This document shows, one piece after another, positions 57,992 to 64,000 of a DNA stretch of 64,000 nucleotides. Location of the stretch: positions 1-64,000 of the IMG/VR virus record IMGVR_UViG_3300021437_000001. One strand, written 5' to 3'. The translations under genes and the position numbers were made by a program. The notes under the pieces were generated by a model. The model made no database searches, had not been told where the DNA came from, and saw only the letters and a program-made list of their open reading frames with translations. Position 1 is the first letter of the stretch, and every line of letters starts with the position of its first letter. This DNA comes from a virus.

Positions 57992-58000
57992 GGAAGTTAA

Positions 58001-58393
58001 ATGAGCAAAGATACTAATGTAAGTCTTTATGATGCTGTTGATACAGAGCTAATGATCGACATCAAAAACCTAAATGGTGAATTGATGGATCAAGCTCTGT
58101 TGATGCGTAAATGGACTAAAGCAAAAGCTATGGCGAGTAAACGAGCTAAAGCTATCAGAGGTCAGTTGGCCTTTACTAAAGGCTCTCTGCACAAAGATCT
58201 GGCTCGCAAAGGCCTACGAGTAGGTGATATTGAGGCCGCTATAAATACAGATCCTACTATGATGAAATTAAATGACGAACTCAATGAAGCAGAATATGAA
58301 TTTGATGCTTTAGATGGCATCGTGCGTGCTTTTTATCAAAAGCATGAATCTCTTAAAGAACTTTCATATAACTCTCGTAAAGGAATGGAATAA
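58001..58393 (+). CDS. UvsY-like recombination mediator
   Basis: 130-aa helical protein immediately upstream of recA. Confidence 0.6.
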   Translation: MSKDTNVSLYDAVDTELMIDIKNLNGELMDQALLMRKWTKAKAMASKRAKAIRGQLAFTKGSLHKDLARKGLRVGDIEAAINTDPTMMKLNDELNEAEYEFDALDGIVRAFYQKHESLKELSYNSRKGME

Positions 58394-58394
58394 T

Positions 58395-59426
58395 ATGTCA
58401 CGTTTTAAACGTTCAAAAGAAGAAACAACCGAAGTTAAAACAGAAATTGCACCCGCTACCGAAGAGACGACTGAAATTGTAGATTCCAAACGCTCTGAGT
58501 TTGCTAGTGCAATTAGAAAATTCAGTGGTTATATTAATGCTGAATATAAATCAGAAAAATCAAAAGTTCACGATCTAGAAGATTTAGGTAAGATAATCGT
58601 GAACGACTACGTCTCCATGCCAGAGGCGTTTGAAGAGGCAACAGAGTTGAAAGGACTTCCTTTTGGCGTAATATCTTGTACCTATGGAAAACCCGATACC
58701 GGAAAAACTACATTGCTGATGGAAGGTATTAAAGGTTGTATTGAGGACATGGTAATTCCAGTTCTTATCTTGACCGAGCATAAATTTGCGTATGATCGTT
58801 TGCAACACATGGGTGTCGATCTTATGCCAATCGTTGTACCTGTAGGTAGTATTGAAGAGGGTTATGACGTCTTGATCAAGATGCTTAGAGACCTTCAGCA
58901 AAATAAATTAAAATTTACTGACGATGAAGGCAAAGAGCAAGTAATCGACATGACTAAAAATAAATGTTATTTCTTTTGGGATTCTATTGGAAACGTTATG
59001 TCTCAATCTGAAATGGACGCTGAAACTGAAGATTGGCAAAAAGGTATGATGAAAACTGCCAAAGCTTTGCGAGTTCTTACTCGTAAGGTTAGTATGTTAT
59101 TGAACAAGGTTAGAGAGAAAACAGGAATTCTGTTTCTTAATCAATCTTATATCAACACCACTCCACAAGGAATTCAAATTGAAACTCCTACTGGTGGCGA
59201 TGCAATTCCTTATTCCTCCGCTTTAGTTCTCAGAACTAGACGTAGAAAACGTCTTGACATGACTCAAGATGGTAAAGAAGTGGACATCGGACTTGAAACC
59301 ATTATTGAAACTGTGAAGAATCATATTACAAATCGTAAAGTTACTGCCAGCGTGTTTACAGTCGCTTCCGGTATGATCCCAGCGACTAAAGAGGCATTAG
59401 ATAACTATAAAAAGACCTTGCGTTAA
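58395..59426 (+). CDS. recA: RecA/UvsX recombinase
   Basis: GLPFG, YGKPDTGKTT, TEHK, WDSIG, LFLNQ, GG.A..Y.S and VKN. The start at 58395 fits better than 58314. Confidence 0.9.
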   Translation: MSRFKRSKEETTEVKTEIAPATEETTEIVDSKRSEFASAIRKFSGYINAEYKSEKSKVHDLEDLGKIIVNDYVSMPEAFEEATELKGLPFGVISCTYGKPDTGKTTLLMEGIKGCIEDMVIPVLILTEHKFAYDRLQHMGVDLMPIVVPVGSIEEGYDVLIKMLRDLQQNKLKFTDDEGKEQVIDMTKNKCYFFWDSIGNVMSQSEMDAETEDWQKGMMKTAKALRVLTRKVSMLLNKVREKTGILFLNQSYINTTPQGIQIETPTGGDAIPYSSALVLRTRRRKRLDMTQDGKEVDIGLETIIETVKNHITNRKVTASVFTVASGMIPATKEALDNYKKTLR

Positions 59427-59434
59427 AACTGCTC

Positions 59435-59845
59435 ATGGGTAATAATCGAATGAGTAGAGGTGGTCGTATGGCAAGACGAAACGGCGACAAAGAGTTGGAT
59501 CAACTTCAAAGGCTAAAGTATGAGAATCAAAAGCTTAAAAAGGAAAACGCTAAGCTTAGAAAGCTCATTCAAAGAGGGCAAGCCGATCAAGAACTTTTGC
59601 ACGAATTGGTTTTACAAAAAGATCGAGAAGAAGAACTTGCACAAGCTGAAAAAATAGCGCAGAATAAGTGGAAATGCTTTGAGTGCGGCGAAGGAATAAT
59701 GAAGATTCACACAATGAAACGCCTAGATGGTGTTTTTTATTGGAGAATTTGCAGTAATTCTGAGTGTGGGCATAAAACAAAGCTTCAACGTTACTCTAAA
59801 GATGTGGAAGGGGTTCGGCATGAATCTGAAGATGCTGATGAATAG
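59435..59845 (+). CDS. Coiled-coil plus Zn-ribbon protein
   Basis: LQRLKYENQKLKKENAKLRK; CFECGEG...CSNSEC. Confidence 0.7.
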   Translation: MGNNRMSRGGRMARRNGDKELDQLQRLKYENQKLKKENAKLRKLIQRGQADQELLHELVLQKDREEELAQAEKIAQNKWKCFECGEGIMKIHTMKRLDGVFYWRICSNSECGHKTKLQRYSKDVEGVRHESEDADE

Positions 59846-60197
59846 TTGGTACAAGGAATTTTCTTTTTACTCTTTTTGGGAAGGTCCTCCAAAATACTTG
59901 GATTGGGATGAAGAAGATCACACCAAGCCTTTGATTCATTTTTCATTTGAAACATGGTTTACCGAGACCAGGCCCTTGACGTATTATGATTCTTGCGATA
60001 AAGGTCGATGGCGTGGGATTCATTTTAGAATGTACATTTCTAGACGTTTAATAGGATTGACAATTCCTTTTAAGCCTTTGCCAGATCATGTTCCTAGTGC
60101 TCGAGAGTTAAAGATGAGGGCTTTGCATGATACGCCTGAACATCGAGCTAAAATGAAAGAACTTGCGGAGATGTTCAATGCCAATAAGAAAGTTTAA
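59820..60197 (+). CDS. Hypothetical protein
   Basis: ORF fills the gap; the start is uncertain. Confidence 0.5.
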   Translation: MNLKMLMNSWYKEFSFYSFWEGPPKYLDWDEEDHTKPLIHFSFETWFTETRPLTYYDSCDKGRWRGIHFRMYISRRLIGLTIPFKPLPDHVPSARELKMRALHDTPEHRAKMKELAEMFNANKKV

Positions 60198-60486
60198 TTG
60201 TAATAAGTGCAAGCATGAATGGACTCGTATAATTAAAGGCGTAAGTGATGATTGTCCAAAATGTAAATTATCTTCTATAGCTTTATTGCCTAAAGAATTA
60301 AATACTTTAGTTTATGAAATGAAAGACAAACACCGTGGAACTCAATTGCGCAAGAACCAAGAACAGAAAATGCGGAAGAGGATGAATGATCACCACGACC
60401 GCAATGAAGTAGCCGAGAAGATCGACAAACATGGTATGGATGACGCAGTGAGGAACGGATGGCTAAAGAGAATAAAAAAAATATAA
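60178..60486 (+). CDS. FmdB-like zinc-ribbon protein
   Basis: MPIRKFNCNKCKHEW...CPKC, after GGAG. Confidence 0.75.
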   Translation: MPIRKFNCNKCKHEWTRIIKGVSDDCPKCKLSSIALLPKELNTLVYEMKDKHRGTQLRKNQEQKMRKRMNDHHDRNEVAEKIDKHGMDDAVRNGWLKRIKKI

Positions 60487-61091
60487 AGACCGTTCTGGGG
60501 CTAGACTTGTCTACGACGTCTACTGGATTTGCGCTATTAGATATGGACACGAAGAATCTAATTAAGTATGGATTCATTCTTCCAAAAATTAAAGGCATCT
60601 CCAAGCTCAAATACCCAAGAGCTGCTTTAGCTCGTATTCTAGACTTGGCTGTAAAAATTTCAGACCTAGTTAAAGAATACAATCCTGATCAACTAATTAT
60701 TGAAGAAGTGAATCGTGGCAAAAACAGAATCTCTCAGAAGAGTCTTGATGCTCTACACTTTTTGGTATTGCACTATATTGATCAGCATTCACCAAACTTA
60801 ATTGATCAACTATTCTATTACGATTCGGACGGTAAAGTAGGTTGGCGAAAACATTTAGGTTTAGTTCTTACAGAAGAAGACAAAGCCCATAACGCCCATA
60901 TTAAAACCTTTAAGTCGAGTAGAAAAGTCGGAAAAAAGAAACCGAAGATCACTAAGAAACACCTCGCTATGAGGTATGTGCAGTCAGTGTATAATTTAAA
61001 CTTGGATATTGACGAGAAAGTCGAGTACGAAGACATCAATGATGCCATCGCAATGACTAGCTCTTACTTGATTCACGTTTGCAAACAGTAA
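60459..61091 (+). CDS. ruvC: RuvC-like Holliday junction resolvase
   Basis: VLGLDLSTTSTGFA, IIEE and DINDAIA. Confidence 0.85.
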   Translation: MAKENKKNIKTVLGLDLSTTSTGFALLDMDTKNLIKYGFILPKIKGISKLKYPRAALARILDLAVKISDLVKEYNPDQLIIEEVNRGKNRISQKSLDALHFLVLHYIDQHSPNLIDQLFYYDSDGKVGWRKHLGLVLTEEDKAHNAHIKTFKSSRKVGKKKPKITKKHLAMRYVQSVYNLNLDIDEKVEYEDINDAIAMTSSYLIHVCKQ

Positions 61092-61108
61092 CAACATAAG
61101 GAGGAATC

Positions 61109-62740
61109 GTGTCAGAAAAAGGCACCTTTGACGTATTTTCTAACAAGTTCGCACAAGATATTTTTCTTCAAAAATACAGTATGAATGGAACAGAGACCTG
61201 GGCTGATACCTGTGAAAGGGTTGTAAATGCCGTGTGTGGTCAGCTTTTGGACGCTAAGACCAAAGCTAAAATTTTAAAATTTATGAAAGAACGTAAGTTT
61301 ATTCCAGGCGGACGATATTTATATTCTGCTGGACGTTCATTTCATCAGGTTAACAATTGTTTTTTATTCAGGGCAGAAGACACTCGAGAGGGTTGGGCTG
61401 ACTTGATGGGTAAAGCTAGTTCTGCTTTACTAACTGGTGGCGGAATAGGCGTGGATTACACGGCCATTCGCTACAAAGGCGCTCCAATTAAGCGTACTGG
61501 CGGGTTTTGCACAGGTCCTATTTCTTTGATGGAAATGGTGAATGAAGCGGGCCGTCATGTAATGCAAGGTGGACAAAGGCGTTCAGCTATTTGGGCAGGT
61601 CTGCAATGGGACCATAAAGACATAAACGAATTCATTCATCTGAAAGATCATAATGCCGATCTTAAAGCTATGAAAGAAAAAGATTTTAATTTTAGATTGC
61701 CTATGGAATTTACAAATATCTCTGTGATATACGACACAAATTTCTTTATCGCAATTGAAGATGAAAGTCATCCAGATCATGCTAAAGCCAAAGCTGTATG
61801 GTTAGATAACTGTCGTCAAGCTTTCTCAACGGCTGAGCCTGGTATGGCATTTAATTTCAGAAAAGATGCTGAATCATTAAGAAATGCTTGTACAGAAGTT
61901 ACATCTGAAGAAGACTCTGATAAATGTAATTTAGGTACTGTATGGATGAATCGCTGTAAAGATAGAGAGGAATTTGCGGAAGTTTGCAAATTTGGAACTT
62001 TATTTTTGCTATGCGGTGGAATTTATTCTGATGTTCCAACTGAAAAAATTAAAGAAGTTGGTTTAAAAAATAACCGCATTGGGTTAGGGCTTGGCGGAAT
62101 GCACGAATGGCTGATGCTGCGTGGCTCAAAGTACGAATGTACTCCAGAGCTTCATAAATGGCTGGCTACCTACGAACGAGAATCTGACTCAGCCGCCTTT
62201 GTCGGCGCTAAGCAACTCGGAGTAGCTGTGCCTAAAGGTGTTAGAGCGATTGCTCCAACTGGGACGATAGGTATTATTGCAGAAACTACTACCGGAATTG
62301 AGCCGTTATTTTGTAAAAGCTACAAACGTCGATACTACAAAGAGGGTAAATGGATGCACCAATATGTCGTAGATGGTGCTGTAAAACGTCTACTAGCTTT
62401 GGGTGTAAAACTCGAAGATATTCAAGACTCGTATGACATCTCTTTTAAAGAGCGTGTTAAGTTTCAAGCAGATGTTCAGCAATACGTTGATATGTCTATT
62501 TCATCTACTTGCAATATGGCTTCTTGGGGTTCGGAAGAGAACAACGAATCTACACTTGAGAAAAATGCTATGGTACTATTAAAGTACGCCAAGCGCCTTC
62601 GAGGATTTACCGTATATCCAGATGGGTGTCGTGGTGGACAGCCTTTAACTCGAGCTGATCTTGAAGAGGCTATGGCTTCTGAAGGAAAAGTGTTTGAAGA
62701 AAAGGAAACCGAATGCGTAGGTGGAGTATGTGGAATTTAA
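61109..62740 (+). CDS. nrdJ: Class II (B12-dependent) ribonucleotide reductase
   Basis: FIPGGRYL, NNCF, GGGIG, RRSA, NACTE, CNLG, IAPTGT, GIEP and C-terminal CxxxxC; no beta-subunit gene nearby. Confidence 0.88.
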   Translation: MSEKGTFDVFSNKFAQDIFLQKYSMNGTETWADTCERVVNAVCGQLLDAKTKAKILKFMKERKFIPGGRYLYSAGRSFHQVNNCFLFRAEDTREGWADLMGKASSALLTGGGIGVDYTAIRYKGAPIKRTGGFCTGPISLMEMVNEAGRHVMQGGQRRSAIWAGLQWDHKDINEFIHLKDHNADLKAMKEKDFNFRLPMEFTNISVIYDTNFFIAIEDESHPDHAKAKAVWLDNCRQAFSTAEPGMAFNFRKDAESLRNACTEVTSEEDSDKCNLGTVWMNRCKDREEFAEVCKFGTLFLLCGGIYSDVPTEKIKEVGLKNNRIGLGLGGMHEWLMLRGSKYECTPELHKWLATYERESDSAAFVGAKQLGVAVPKGVRAIAPTGTIGIIAETTTGIEPLFCKSYKRRYYKEGKWMHQYVVDGAVKRLLALGVKLEDIQDSYDISFKERVKFQADVQQYVDMSISSTCNMASWGSEENNESTLEKNAMVLLKYAKRLRGFTVYPDGCRGGQPLTRADLEEAMASEGKVFEEKETECVGGVCGI

Positions 62741-63048
62741 AAACCAAAGCCCTTGTATATAAATACACGGGCTGGTATTTTGCGGATAAAGAGGAAAATG
62801 AGTATATTCAAAGTGACGAATGCTGGGAAAAGCTATTTAAGATCGTCAAGAATAAACAAAACGAATTAGATCCTCAGAGTGCTCAAGGTCTTTTAATAGG
62901 ACTTTGGCAATCCGAACATGGCTTTCATAGACCTGCTTCTTTTTTAAAATACAAACGGCCCAGAGCTTTCTGGCGTGTCGTGGCATGGTGGGTTGATCTT
63001 TATACCGTAATTAAATGGGATATTCAATCATGTCTACGAAAGAAGTAA
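62728..63048 (+). CDS. Hypothetical protein
   Basis: ORF overlapping the nrdJ stop. Confidence 0.55.
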   Translation: MWNLKTKALVYKYTGWYFADKEENEYIQSDECWEKLFKIVKNKQNELDPQSAQGLLIGLWQSEHGFHRPASFLKYKRPRAFWRVVAWWVDLYTVIKWDIQSCLRKK

Positions 63049-63329
63049 AATTAACAAATTTTCAAGTTCCTAGATCGCCAGAAGGTCAAATGCGAGATGC
63101 AATGGCCCAAGCGCCAGCTTTTAATCCTGATGACTATAAAAATCTAGGTAAAGTACACAATACACAGACAGTAGAAGAAGTGGCAGAGCGCATGATGCAA
63201 CGTCGTGAAGCAGTCACAGGTATTCCAATTAATAAGCCACCTGAAGAAGGTCCACAGGTAAACACTAAGGGTGTTGTGGATGATCGAGCCAAAGAATTCT
63301 GGACGCCGCCTAGAATCGGTCGAAGATAA
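63030..63329 (+). CDS. Hypothetical protein
   Basis: Last ORF before a terminator-like hairpin; the start is uncertain (63015 or 63030). Confidence 0.55.
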   Translation: MSTKEVKLTNFQVPRSPEGQMRDAMAQAPAFNPDDYKNLGKVHNTQTVEEVAERMMQRREAVTGIPINKPPEEGPQVNTKGVVDDRAKEFWTPPRIGRR

Positions 63330-63336
63330 CATTCTC

Positions 63337-63363
63337 AAAAAGCGACACTTTTCGGTGCTTTTT
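63337..63363 (+). terminator. Weak terminator-like hairpin
   Basis: AAAAAG-cga-CAC-ttttcg-GTG-CTTTTT. Confidence 0.45.
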
Positions 63364-63371
63364 AAAAATGC

Positions 63372-63400
63372 TTGCATTTTGTAAACATACCTTATAGACT
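63372..63400 (+). promoter_or_regulatory. Sigma70 promoter TTGCAT-17-TAGACT
   Basis: 17-bp spacer; the -10 ends 6 nt before ATG 63407. Confidence 0.6.
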
Positions 63401-63406
63401 GTTTTC

Positions 63407-63712
63407 ATGAACAGGTTAGAAAAGTATTCTTTGTACCTTTTGGTTTATTCTTTCTTACTCAGCGTATTACGCCATAGCTTATGGTGTGGTGTTAATTCAG
63501 TGTGCCTAATGCTGGGCTTATTTGAAAACAGCATTCTACTTATATTTTTCCTACCAACATTCTATCTCCATAAGAAATTCGTAGGTCCTAGAGAGGACTT
63601 TAAAAGCGATTTTTCTTATTACTTAGCAAATCTGCCTTTGGCGATATGGTTTGCTTTTGTAGTATTTTGCAACATACTAAAGATTTTTAACTTGACATTT
63701 CTATTCTATTAA
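63407..63712 (+). CDS. Small multi-pass membrane protein
   Basis: About three hydrophobic segments in 101 aa. Confidence 0.55.
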   Translation: MNRLEKYSLYLLVYSFLLSVLRHSLWCGVNSVCLMLGLFENSILLIFFLPTFYLHKKFVGPREDFKSDFSYYLANLPLAIWFAFVVFCNILKIFNLTFLFY

Positions 63713-63720
63713 AGGATACT
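63692..63720 (+). promoter_or_regulatory. Sigma70 promoter TTGACA-17-GATACT
   Basis: Consensus -35 and 17-bp spacer, upstream of an AAGGAG RBS. Confidence 0.7.
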
Positions 63721-63754
63721 AATTTTGTCAGTTATTGTTATTTAAAGGAGCATT

Positions 63755-63934
63755 ATGACACAGGGAGACATGATACTACTCTGGCAACAAAGGCAAGAAT
63801 ATCTTGCAACGAAACAGTTTGAAGAGGGGCAGAGTTTTGTAGAAGATCCTCCATATTGTGAGGATGCGTATATTTCAGAAGAGGAAAGGTGGGAAGAGTT
63901 ATGTCAACAGCAGCAATCGCAACCACGATCTTAA
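63755..63934 (+). CDS. 59-aa acidic hypothetical (early-type) protein, absent from the ORF track
   Basis: AAGGAG RBS; MTQGDMILLWQQRQEY...PRS*. Confidence 0.65.
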   Translation: MTQGDMILLWQQRQEYLATKQFEEGQSFVEDPPYCEDAYISEEERWEELCQQQQSQPRS

Positions 63935-64000
63935 TGATTTGCGGTAGTGGTGGAACTGATAAGGACTTTGATTGTTACGATTACTATGTAAATTGTACAG

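Noticed and set aside
149-63377. Numerous short antisense or nested ORFs in the track
   Set aside because: They are shadows of well-supported genes, with no motifs or RBS recognised.
1-64000. CRISPR array, tRNAs, inteins, stop-codon reassignment
   Set aside because: None seen; genes are unbroken and end in TAA, TAG and TGA under the standard code.

Overview
A 64-kb segment of a large, AT-rich (~38% GC by eye) contractile-tailed (myovirus) dsDNA phage in the standard genetic code; every gene but one is on the + strand. Layout: 1-3.7 kb, end of a fibre gene plus a lysis/peptidase cluster. 3.7-9.8 kb, neck/head-completion genes interrupted by Lys-rich putative internal head proteins carrying repeated [LVMF]xK[SA] motifs. 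10-29 kb, sheath, tube, GIY-YIG endonuclease, chaperones, tape measure, hub, spike and a greatly enlarged baseplate. 29-43 kb, a large fibre/receptor-binding array with two paralogues sharing near-identical DNA linker blocks. 43-64 kb, replication and metabolism: SF2 helicase, GroEL, Cas4-like nuclease, annealing-like protein, PhaR-like regulator, primase-helicase, PolA, phosphoesterase, dNMP kinase, CYTH enzyme, membrane proteins, UvsY/RecA, RuvC and class II RNR. The most unusual signals are: (1) a shared S-[RK]-F motif in charged disordered tails of several replication proteins; (2) a compact structured RNA candidate after the tail tube gene; (3) homogenised linkers between fibre paralogues; (4) phage-encoded PhaR, CYTH and GroEL; (5) a possible inverted unimolecular spanin. 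All calls come from reading motifs by eye; no database searches were run. No tRNA, CRISPR array, integrase or reverse transcriptase was seen.
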